From Candidatus Poribacteria bacterium (GTDB taxonomy: Bacteria > Poribacteria > WGA-4E > UBA9662): a stretch of DNA of 64,000 bases. The notes below the pieces were generated by a model that saw nothing but the letters and a program-made list of their open reading frames with translations, was not told where the DNA came from and made no database searches. Both the position numbers and the translations under genes were made by a program. The stretch covers positions 53,978-117,977 of the forward strand of contig JAYGDX010000068.1 of NCBI GenBank assembly GCA_046582655.1, in the 5' to 3' direction. Positions 20,524 through 29,599 of this stretch are shown here, piece after piece. Each line of letters starts with the position of its first letter. The stretch's first letter is position 1.

Positions 20524-21387
20524 TTATCGAACATCCATCGCACATCGAAATCCAACAACGTTTAGACTGCTATTCGGATAATCGCTGACTCGCTCGGCGG
20601 TACGAAGGGAATGAGACGATCGGTACCAGGCACCACCTCGTAAAACGCGTCTCTCACCCATTTCAGGTCCTCTCGGGTTTTTATCATCACTTTCCGCGTA
20701 GTAGGATGCTCTATACCAATCTGCGCACCATTCCCAAACATTACCTGCCATATCAAACAAACCATAACTATTAGGAACAAATGACTTAACGGGAGAAGTG
20801 AAGACAAAACCATCGTTGACACTCGGACTTCGCCATTCAAAAGCAGTGTTGATATCGGAAAAATTGGCAGACCGATTGTCAGGCTCATTATCACCCCACG
20901 GATACTTTGTGCCTACTAAATTACCCAGAGCGGCTTTTTCCCATTCGGCTTCGGTTGGAAGACGTTTACCGTTCCAGTGGCAATAAGCAACAGCATCAAA
21001 CCATGTCACATTTGTTACTGGCTGTTCTGGTTGATTAAACTCAGAATCCGACCAAGGCTGATAATTGTAATCAAGGACTCCGTACTTGGCTGTATATCCA
21101 GTTCCATTAGGCGGGGAATGCCCAGTGGATTCGACAAATTGGCGATACTGAGTGTTGGTCACCTCGTGAACATCAATGTAAAAAGCATCCAAATGGACAG
21201 TATGAATTGGTCGCTCATCCACATCTCCTGCCATGTTACCCATCTGAAATTTACCAGCTGGTATTAGAACCATTCCTTGGGGGTGAGGTTGATTCTCAGT
21301 TTCCCCAGAACAGCCAAAAGATAAAACGAAACATACTAAAATTGGGATCTTTGGAATGGTTCGCTGAAATACGATTGTGATATCCAT
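20524..21387 (-). CDS. FGE-sulfatase (SUMF1/formylglycine-generating enzyme family) domain protein with signal/lipoprotein-like N-terminus
   Basis: The hydrophobic N-terminus ends in LSFGC. MVLIPAGKFQMGN, HTVHLDAFYIDVHEVTN, RLPTEAEWEKAA, GNVWEWCADWY, RVLRGGAW and GFRCA are classic FGE-sulfatase domain motifs. Confidence 0.85.
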   Translation of the reverse strand: MDITIVFQRTIPKIPILVCFVLSFGCSGETENQPHPQGMVLIPAGKFQMGNMAGDVDERPIHTVHLDAFYIDVHEVTNTQYRQFVESTGHSPPNGTGYTAKYGVLDYNYQPWSDSEFNQPEQPVTNVTWFDAVAYCHWNGKRLPTEAEWEKAALGNLVGTKYPWGDNEPDNRSANFSDINTAFEWRSPSVNDGFVFTSPVKSFVPNSYGLFDMAGNVWEWCADWYRASYYAESDDKNPRGPEMGERRVLRGGAWYRSSHSLRTAERVSDYPNSSLNVVGFRCAMDVR

Positions 21388-21459
21388 AAACCAAATAGTG
21401 ACATTATCAGTCGTCCTTCAGATGCCATAACCTCACAATTTAAGAGATGTTATAGCGCC

Positions 21460-22245
21460 TCATCGATTGCCGAACTTAACTCGCCCCCACACCGTCGCCA
21501 ACTTCCCTTCAGGCTGAACCGCCATCAGAACTGCAAGTTCTTCGCTTGCTTCCTTCACTTGCTTCTCGTTCAAAGCCACTGAAAAAATGGCTACTTCATC
21601 AATGAGTCCATTATACCAATGCCCGCTACCTTCTCGATGCCCCAGCCGTAAATCCACGTTGCCACCAACTAACTTAAGTCCTTGCGCATCTTCTTTTTTA
21701 AGTTCACCATCAACATAAATCTTGGCAGTTTTCCCATCATAAGTACAAACGCAATGGGTCCATTTCTCCGGTTCGGTGGTGTTATTACCAGAGTTTCGGA
21801 CCTTATGCTCCCCTTCACCACCGAGTGAAGTTGTGAAGTAGAAATAGCGACTGCCTCGGTTGACAAAGAGCCCATAATTTTCCCACGGCCCACCTTGTTT
21901 CCCGTTTGCCAGAACGGCAAGCCAGCCATCACCAGGGGCATCGTTCCAATTCACCCAAACAGAAATTGTGACTTCATCGGGGATAGACAGGGTTTTTGAA
22001 CTCTTAATCAGAACGTGGTTGTCGACCCCTTTAAATTTCATAGCATCTCCATATTTCCCTTTAGCCACCTTGGCCTTCTCGATCTTACCATGATTCTTGT
22101 TACCAGACTCATCAATGACTTTATCACCATCTAACTGCGAAAATGACATATACAAAGCCAACTCATCAAATGGCAATTCCGCTTTTAACACAACCGGAAA
22201 TACAAAACAGACTAACAGCAAAAAAACGACTATCAACCGATACAT
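21460..22245 (-). CDS. Secreted LamG (Laminin_G_3/ConA-like) domain protein
   Basis: Signal peptide MYRLIVVFLLLVCFVFPVVLKA. LALYMSF...GKYGDAMKF, VTISVWVNW, WTHCVCTYDGKTAKIYVDGEL and NGLIDEVAIFSVAL are the LamG_3 signature. Confidence 0.8.
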   Translation of the reverse strand: MYRLIVVFLLLVCFVFPVVLKAELPFDELALYMSFSQLDGDKVIDESGNKNHGKIEKAKVAKGKYGDAMKFKGVDNHVLIKSSKTLSIPDEVTISVWVNWNDAPGDGWLAVLANGKQGGPWENYGLFVNRGSRYFYFTTSLGGEGEHKVRNSGNNTTEPEKWTHCVCTYDGKTAKIYVDGELKKEDAQGLKLVGGNVDLRLGHREGSGHWYNGLIDEVAIFSVALNEKQVKEASEELAVLMAVQPEGKLATVWGRVKFGNR

Positions 22246-22333
22246 CTTGTTCCTCCCAGAAATGATTAAATATCAAAAATGTGGCAGAGCATGATAGCAT
22301 AAATTCGTTTCGTAAGGACAGTACCTCCTGCTG

Positions 22334-23102
22334 TTACAGAGCCTTTAGGCTTCCCCATGCAGTTGCCAGTTTACCCTGCGACTGCACAGAAGTCGTCCCT
22401 GCCATCTTCTTGGCTGCTTCTTTGGCTTGGGCTGCTGTTAAGGCGACCGAAAAAATGGTCACTTCATCAATAAGCCCATTATACCAGTGCCCGCTTCCGA
22501 GACGATGACCAATCCGCAAATCCTGCTTGCCACCAACCAGCTTCAGTCCTTGCGCGTCTTCCTTTTAAGCTCACCGTCAACATAAATCTTAGCAGTTTTT
22601 CCATCATAAGTGCAAACGCAATGGGTCCATTTTCCCGACTGGGTGGTGTTATTACCGGAGTTTCGGACCTTATGCTCCCCTTCACCACCGAGTGAAGTCG
22701 TAAAGTAGAAATACTTACCGCCTCGGTTAACGAAAAGTCCATAATTTTCCCATGGCCCGCCTTGTTTCCCGTTTGTCAGAACAGCAACCGGCATCCTTCC
22801 AATTCACCCAAACAGAAATTGTGACTTCACCTGATATGGACAGGGAGTCTGAATTTTTGATCAGAACATGGCTGTCCTTGCCATTGAATTCCATCGCATC
22901 CCCATACTTACCTTTCCCTTTGGCAGCACTGGCTTTAACTATTTTGCCGTTATTTCCATTTTTGGACTCATCTTTCACGGTGTCGCCTGAGACGTTATCA
23001 AAAGACACATAATAAAGCTAGTTTGTCTAAGGGTAATTCGGTTCTACCTAATATTGGCAGTGCCAAACTACAAACGATGATAAGGATTAAAAACTTTTTC
23101 AT
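22334..23102 (-). pseudogene. Tandem LamG paralog, decayed by multiple frameshifts
   Basis: ATG 23102 follows GAAGGAGAA and gives MKKFLILIIVCSLALPILG. The body is split over ORFs 22727-23008, 22543-22794, 22479-22742 and 22334-22519 in different frames. Long stretches are near-identical at nucleotide level to 21460-22245. Confidence 0.75.
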
Positions 23103-23396
23103 TTTGATTCTCCTTCATTTAGTTATCAATTTACGACTGAGTTTAAAGGTGATCATCGCGAAACAACGGTATAAACTAGCTGTCAACGAGGGTTATATGA
23201 TATGCTAAAAAATACATTTTTACTTAATCGTACCCTTGTATTTTGAGTTAAAAACTTAAATCAAAAGGAGTATTGATTAAATGACGAATAGGGTATTGAG
23301 AATGAAATTAGAAATTATTTGTCTTATTCTTGTTAATTACTATCTGTTTTGCTATTTTTTTACTTAGATGAGAACGAATCGTGTAGGAGGTGTTCG

Positions 23397-24197
23397 ATGG
23401 GTAAATTAGATGGACGAGTTGCGCTTGTCACAGGTGCTGCGCGTGGTCTTGGACGTGCTTATGCTCTACATCTGGCTCGACTTGGCGCCGATGTTGTCAT
23501 TAACGATATTGATTTAAACGCAGCTGAGGAATATAGTGAGGAACTAACTGCCAAAACCGTGATGGAAGAGATTGAGAATTTAGGGCGACGTTCACTTGGT
23601 ATTCAGGTGGATGTTACCCAACGTCATGCAGTTTTTGAAATGACCAGTGAGATCATGGATAAATTCGGGCGAATTGATATTTTGGTGAATAACGCCGGTG
23701 GTGCCTTAGGAAAACCCCAGTCCACAATGGCATCGGATTCGGAGGAGGTGTATTACCAGTACATCATGGATATCAATCTCAACAGTACGATTTTTTGCTG
23801 TCAGGCAGTTAGCCAACCAATGAAAGAGGCCGGCTACGGTCGCATTGTGAATATAAGCTCTCAAGCGGGATTGTGGGGTGGTGGTACTGGAGGCGGTATG
23901 CCCTACAAAGTGGCAAAGGCTGGGATTGTACAATACACGCGTATCTTGGCTGCAGAATTGGGGCCATATAGAATCAATGTCAACTGTATGGCCCCAGGTT
24001 GGATTCTCTCCTCACGCGCCATTGCGGGCGGTAGAAATAGCGCAGAGAGTCGGCAGAGCCTGGAACCGCAGATTCCGTTGCGACGGTTGGGAACGCCTGA
24101 AGATTGCGCAAAAGTGGTTGAGTTTTTGGTAACAGACCTTTCTGCTTATGTGACTGGGCAATGTATACCGGTTTGTGGAGGATTTGTTGGATTCTAA
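23397..24197 (+). CDS. Short-chain dehydrogenase/reductase (FabG-like SDR)
   Basis: ATG 23397 lies 6 nt after AGGAGG. TGAARGLG cofactor motif, NNAG, and catalytic S...YKVAK. Confidence 0.9.
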   Translation: MGKLDGRVALVTGAARGLGRAYALHLARLGADVVINDIDLNAAEEYSEELTAKTVMEEIENLGRRSLGIQVDVTQRHAVFEMTSEIMDKFGRIDILVNNAGGALGKPQSTMASDSEEVYYQYIMDINLNSTIFCCQAVSQPMKEAGYGRIVNISSQAGLWGGGTGGGMPYKVAKAGIVQYTRILAAELGPYRINVNCMAPGWILSSRAIAGGRNSAESRQSLEPQIPLRRLGTPEDCAKVVEFLVTDLSAYVTGQCIPVCGGFVGF

Positions 24198-24497
24198 TTA
24201 TACATTGATGGTGAACAACCCCATTGCATTGCGTAATACGCAATATGTCCTGTAAAATCTAGTTTTTCATGGGCCCGCACTAGATATTGAAATTCTTGGG
24301 CGGTGCGTCCAAGAATTTCGGGACTGCTGCCGTCGTCGCGTGGGTCACGCCGCTTGCCAAGTGGGACTTGAACAGGTCACTAGGTATGGGCTATGACCTA
24401 CACTCCTTGTTTCTCCGCAGCCCACACACCATGTGGCTGAGATTTACGCTGCAGAATGCAGTTTTTTGATGGAGGCTTCCAGAGGTACAATGTCCTA

Positions 24498-26018
24498 TCA
24501 AGAGTCTTGAGCTAGCATGGCAGCTGTTCTTTCCTCGATCTCGAGTGGGGAATCTCGTCGGCCAAGTGCGAGCGCACCAAAGATCAACAGCTCCGTACAA
24601 CGCAGAAATATCCAGTTGTTGGTGTGTTGTCCTCTCATGGGTAATGTCGCCCACGGGAAGCCGAAAAAGACGAAGTTGAGTGAATAGTAAACGAGGGCGC
24701 TAAGAATTAACCCTTGGCGCGCGAAGGTCCGTCCGCCTTTCTCGAAGCAAAACGCGGCGAGGGTCATTATTCCCAAAGGGAGGATGATCAAAAGGAACCG
24801 GTCCGTGTAGAAGTGTACATTGTCAGTCGTTTTAAGCGTGATCCCGGCAATCGGGAGGGTCAGGAGGGGAAGCGATAACATGTAAGACCATAGGAACCAG
24901 CCCCATGGCGAGTGGAAAGTCCGCGATGGGATCAATTCCCTCGTACCTCTTGACGCCCCAGAGGTAGAGCAGGAAGGTGTGTACTACGATAAGAGTCCAT
25001 TCAGCTGTCAGAGGGATCTCCGCCTCGTCGCCCGTATCTCCTCGGGCGACCAGCTTACGGTTAAGCCAGAGTCCGAGCCCGAGCACAAAGCCCAAGACGA
25101 GACCGAAGGTCGTCTCCATCATGTTCCACCAGTTCCAACCCATAAGGCTGAAGAATTTCTCGGGAAAGATGCCGGGCAGTGACTTGTGTAGTGACAGATC
25201 GAATTCGGTGAGCCAGCCCGGAGTCCAGGAATGCTTGGCCCGAAGGCTTTGTCCGAGGGTGAAACCGAGACCACCCGCCAGCACACCGAAAAAGGCCATG
25301 TTGCGAGCCAACTTGTCTTTCTTGATAAACCCTATGTAAGCGACTAGACACGTAAAAGCAACAAGGAGACCACCCTAGCACTCACGACGCGGTTTCATCT
25401 CGAGGTTATCCGGCTCCCATTTCCAGTGGTCCGAGAAGTAGATCCATGGGAGGACCCGATCCGGCGAACCGACCTCCGGAACGTAAGGGCGGTTGAGTAG
25501 TTGGATCCCGACGAATGCGAACACTATTAACGCAGCGTAAAGTCCAAGCATTTCTCTCCACCGGTATTTCTTACCTCCCAGGCCAATACCGAGAAACGCC
25601 CCGCCAAAACCGACCCAAAGCCCACCCTTGATGAAAAGCCCGATCATGCCCAGCGGTACGCATCGTAGTTTCCTACCAAGGGAGTGTCGTGAGTTAGCCC
25701 AACGGTCTGTCCGTAGGTCATCGTGCCACCGAACGAGAAGGCAATGGCAGTCAAAGCTACAGCTCTTGCGGCGTGGAGTGAAGTCGATCGCCTGCAGAAA
25801 AGAAAGACGAGAGTGAAGGCCACCAGGACGCCTGGCACCATCACCCCCCACTCGTGTCCATACTGTCCTCGTATGCCCCAGCCCATGCCACCGGCAGCCG
25901 CTCCCATCAGTGGCGCAGCGAAAAACAACACGAGGGACGAGGCCGTATTTTCTTCGATGCCAGTGTCGTGAGGCTTTGGGTTCAGGCCTCTCGTCATCGT
26001 GTTCCTTCTAAAGATCAT
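24498..26018 (-). pseudogene. Polytopic membrane protein gene of unknown family, disrupted, within a G+C-rich patch
   Basis: One roughly 500-aa hydrophobic protein can be read across ORFs 25644-26018, 25375-25851, 24832-25311 and 24498-24935. This requires frame changes near 25650 and 24910 and read-through of an in-frame TAG at 25375-25377. Confidence 0.6.
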
Positions 26019-26521
26019 TGTGTTTGGAGCCTGCTAAAAGGTTATCAATATCATTTCGGTCTATTTCCGTCATTCTCAATCCCTTTGCTGTGGTTGTGTT
26101 TTGGCAACCTGCCCACAAATTATGGAAAGGTTAATCGGTTCGCATTATCGGGTTTCCTTTCAGATGCTTACTGATTCTAGCAAAAACATCAACTGCCGTA
26201 AAGTAACAACCCTCAACTTCCTATTCTTTTGAGGGTTTCTACTTTGTCCCGAATAACTGAAACTGAAGGTTCAACCAATGACGTGGACGTGGTTGTCCTC
26301 GGTCGGTCGACTTCTAGGAGATTAAGGAGGAATTTGGGCACATCCGATAAAACTTATGGATGGGTTCCAGTACGTACATTTTGGAAACATACCATATTTT
26401 GAAAAATGTGATACCGTAGATTGGCCAACCTGCCGCTGATCTTGGTATCTTAAATTTGATATAAAGGGAATTCAAAACGTGGATTCGCCTGATTACACAA
26501 TTATAGTCTTGCATGATTAAC

Positions 26522-28576
26522 TTAGATCAGCCCGTGATAACGTCCCATCCAATAAGGTAGGAGGAAAATCGTTGGGTCTTCTTCTGCTCTACCTCCACCA
26601 GCGTAATCCAGAGAGTAAGGATTGCCATTCCATTTCATCATGCGTCGTTCATCGGCAGGGAGTGGAATAACTGATTGGATCTCTTTGACACCTGGTTCTT
26701 CGGTTGCAATTTCAATGTCGGCTCGGTGGCTATTAATGACTGTCCAGCATATCAGATCCATTGGGATGCGTTGCAAGCTATCAATTGATTGTTGGTGATG
26801 GTAATGGTTGCCCGTTAATGCCCCGTAAGCCAAATTCCAAAGTGGATTGCGTTCCGCACTTATAATCTGCCAACTCTGCTGAAAACCAAGCAGGTAAATC
26901 GACCGCAAATCTGGATCTTTTTCATACTTTAGGAGTGGGTAATAGACAACCAACGCCAGTTCATCATCAGAGTGGTTAGTTGGATCCGGTGCAGTTAACT
27001 TTTGATCAATTGAGTTGAGTGCGTAGTGGTGTTGGTGAATTAAGTGGAGGTAGGCTTGATGAAACTTTTGGTCGTCTGTAATATGATGTGCGGTTTTGAG
27101 CATCGATAAAATTTCTAGCGAATTAAGATTACGTTGCAGTTTCCATTCACCATTAAGCATTCTTGGAGACCATACTCCCCAAGTAGTATGTTGTCCGTCC
27201 AAATCAATTAACAGAAAATCATTGTCAACAATATACGTCATAATTCGGTGGACAACTTCGGCGATATTTTTCTTCTCTGTCTCGTCAGCCACCAAATCAT
27301 AGTAGATTGAGTAAGCGAATAGATGACCATCAAGTTCGTCTGAACTGGTATCTCCTTTCCATTCATACAATCCATCTTCTGTGTCGTGCCATTCGCCATG
27401 TGATTTATCGACTGGTTCTCCTTTTTGAATTATCGCGCGTGCTGGAAACCCGTCAATGGGAGTAATCGATTCAAGTTGGATTATGGCCTCCATCGACCTG
27501 CGGGCGAGTTCTTTAGCCGAGGGCTGGCCTGTAGCTGCATAACGAAAACTCTGGGCTGCAACATAGAGCGATGTCCAAAGCCCATCATTATCTGAAGCTT
27601 GATACATATAGCTACTTAGATCCCCCGGTATCTTGAGATTACAAGAAGTAATATAACCTCGTCGATCATGGCGGGCGAGGACTATCTTCTCTAAAGCTTC
27701 AGCTTTTCGTTCTAGCGTATACTTTCTTTTTTCAATTTGGCTAATCCCTTCGGAGGTTGCTATAAAAGCCGTACTATCATCTTGAATAGAGATCGCGTTG
27801 ACATAGTCATCAGGCAGCCATCGTTTCGAATGAAAGTATTCCCACTTCCCATTATCCCACAATATGGCACCCAGAGTGGTGCCGATCCAGCGTTGACCGT
27901 ACGGACCAAGCCTAATTTTGATGACATCTTCGTATGGCAAGCCGCTTTTGCTTCCGTTAATGAGATACCATTCTGTTTGACGATCAAAAACAATGACTCC
28001 CGCATCCGATCCAATCCAGAGATGACCATGTCGGTCGATTTCGATACACTGAAGATTGTTACTAGGTAAACCGGAATTCTGCTGGCTAAATAATACTGCT
28101 TCTCCATCGCAGCAGCATATTAGACCATTATCGGTTGCCAGCCAAATTCGCCTATCATTATCAATGGCCATGCCTTGGATGTTATATTCGGTAAGTTCCT
28201 TATCAAAATGATGCCAGGTACCATCTAGCATGCGGTAATAGATTTTATTTGATCCGGATATCCACACTTGTCTTCGATTATCTTCTGCTATTGTCCGAAT
28301 ACTCTCTGGTATCTCAAGGGCGATTTGGTAGTTTTTGTCAAATAGACGGTGACCGGCAACAGTCCATAGATCCTGATTGCTATCTACATACAAAATCGAG
28401 ATGTCAGCTATCTCGGCAACTAGCGTCCACTTTACACCGTCGAATTGAGACAGTCCCTTTGAAGTACCAGCCCAGATACTATTTAGGCTATCAACAACGA
28501 TTGATCGGACATCATTACTCGGAAGCCCGTTTGTGATTGTATGATTTTTTTGGAATTTTTGCAGGTATTCAATCAT
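26522..28576 (-). CDS. Two-component-regulator propeller (Reg_prop) domain protein with an unassigned C-terminal domain, possibly alpha/alpha-toroid-like
   Basis: The N-terminal half has repeats of the type GLPSN.V..I..D....(I/L)W(I/A)GT..GL typical of Reg_prop sensors. The C-terminal ~380 aa (DNDGLWTSLYVAAQSFRY, SDELDGHLFAYSIYY, NHSDDELALVVYYPLL) looks like a helical toroid. No kinase, HTH or signal peptide was seen. Confidence 0.65.
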   Translation of the reverse strand: MIEYLQKFQKNHTITNGLPSNDVRSIVVDSLNSIWAGTSKGLSQFDGVKWTLVAEIADISILYVDSNQDLWTVAGHRLFDKNYQIALEIPESIRTIAEDNRRQVWISGSNKIYYRMLDGTWHHFDKELTEYNIQGMAIDNDRRIWLATDNGLICCCDGEAVLFSQQNSGLPSNNLQCIEIDRHGHLWIGSDAGVIVFDRQTEWYLINGSKSGLPYEDVIKIRLGPYGQRWIGTTLGAILWDNGKWEYFHSKRWLPDDYVNAISIQDDSTAFIATSEGISQIEKRKYTLERKAEALEKIVLARHDRRGYITSCNLKIPGDLSSYMYQASDNDGLWTSLYVAAQSFRYAATGQPSAKELARRSMEAIIQLESITPIDGFPARAIIQKGEPVDKSHGEWHDTEDGLYEWKGDTSSDELDGHLFAYSIYYDLVADETEKKNIAEVVHRIMTYIVDNDFLLIDLDGQHTTWGVWSPRMLNGEWKLQRNLNSLEILSMLKTAHHITDDQKFHQAYLHLIHQHHYALNSIDQKLTAPDPTNHSDDELALVVYYPLLKYEKDPDLRSIYLLGFQQSWQIISAERNPLWNLAYGALTGNHYHHQQSIDSLQRIPMDLICWTVINSHRADIEIATEEPGVKEIQSVIPLPADERRMMKWNGNPYSLDYAGGGRAEEDPTIFLLPYWMGRYHGLI

Positions 28577-28807
28577 TGGGTTTTCTTTTCTAAATTCTTG
28601 GTAGGCTTTCCAAATTAAGTCTAATCATCATACATAATCCAATCAAAGGAATCAAGTTGACACAATAACCTGATGATATTTATCTGTTGTCTTTAATCTT
28701 AGCAGAAAGATTGTGAAATTTCGAATCTGTGGGAGTTTTTATGCTGTAACCAAGCCCATGTTTAAAGTATAATAACCTTAAGTTGTATACTATAATTCAG
28801 ATCTAGG

Positions 28808-29599
28808 ATGATAATTATGTTTAGAAACCATTTATTGTTAATAGCAATTGTAACCATTGCATTTTTGACAGTCTCAATTTCTCAGGTTGCAAATGGACAA
28901 GAGTTCGTCACCGATGGATTAGTCCTTTATTACTCTTTCGATAAGGATACTGTGACAAAGAACAAGGTAACAGATTTGTCTGGAGAAGGTAATGACGGCA
29001 AGATTGAAGGAAAGTTAAAGTCCATCGACGGACCACCGAAAGGGGATTTTGGTCAAGCCTTTGAATATGTGGGTGATGCCGATTGCTACGTTGAAATTCC
29101 AGCACTTGGAGATTGGGAACAGGTTTCTATCGAATGTTGGGCGATGGAAAACTCGTTTGGCGGCATTCAAGGAATTGTCTCCACTTGGATGTGGGAGCCG
29201 GGTAAAGTCCACTTCAAATTTGAAGGTAACCAGATACAGGTTCATAAAAATGACGGCGTTAAGATCAGCATGAATGCTGAAGCAGAAAAATGGTATCATA
29301 TCATTTACACTTCGGATCCCAAAGATGGTGGTGCAAAAAGTCTAAAGCTCTACGTAGATGGCGAATTGATTCAAGAAGGCGCTGCGGGAAAAGCCCCTGA
29401 AAACATGAAGGAACGCAGAGTGGGCAGCGAACACAACGGAAGGTTTCTAATTGGGGCGATTGACGAAGTTCGGATCTACGACCGAATTTTGGAAGAGAAG
29501 GAAGTCAAACAGAATTCCGAAATCAAGTCCAACAACATGCCGGTGGACCCGTTGGATAAACTGACGACCTCTTGGGGATATCTCAAATCTCGTATGTAG
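28808..29599 (+). CDS. Secreted LamG (Laminin_G_3) domain protein
   Basis: Signal peptide. LVLYYSFDKD, FGQAFEYVG, WYHIIYTSD, LKLYVDGELI and GAIDEVRIYDRILEEKEV. Its 3' end overlaps aroA convergently by 17 nt. Confidence 0.8.
   Translation: MIIMFRNHLLLIAIVTIAFLTVSISQVANGQEFVTDGLVLYYSFDKDTVTKNKVTDLSGEGNDGKIEGKLKSIDGPPKGDFGQAFEYVGDADCYVEIPALGDWEQVSIECWAMENSFGGIQGIVSTWMWEPGKVHFKFEGNQIQVHKNDGVKISMNAEAEKWYHIIYTSDPKDGGAKSLKLYVDGELIQEGAAGKAPENMKERRVGSEHNGRFLIGAIDEVRIYDRILEEKEVKQNSEIKSNNMPVDPLDKLTTSWGYLKSRM

Noticed and set aside
20524-23102. A diversity-generating retroelement targeting the FGE-sulfatase (C-type-lectin fold) or LamG genes
   Set aside because: No reverse transcriptase ORF and no template-repeat copy of the FGE C-terminus were seen anywhere in the window. 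The LamG similarity is a whole-gene tandem duplication, not a VR/TR pair.
23281-23367. 28-codon hydrophobic small ORF (MTNRVLRMKLEIICLILVNYYLFCYFFT) preceded by AAGGAG, upstream of the SDR gene
   Set aside because: It is too short and AT-rich to distinguish from chance. The SD spacing (10 nt) is marginal, and conservation cannot be tested here.
18887-25377. Amber (TAG) recoding or pyrrolysine as an explanation for the in-frame TAG codons
   Set aside because: TAG is the genuine terminator of several well-supported genes here (DUF1080 at 1617, the ORF ending at 3092, LamG at 29597). The same loci also carry frameshifts, and no pyl genes are visible. Pseudogenisation is the simpler explanation.
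26314-26514. 66-aa ORF directly downstream of the Reg_prop gene
   Set aside because: It has no RBS and an odd composition rich in C/W/Y. It lies in degenerate non-coding sequence next to the G+C-rich patch, so it is probably spurious.
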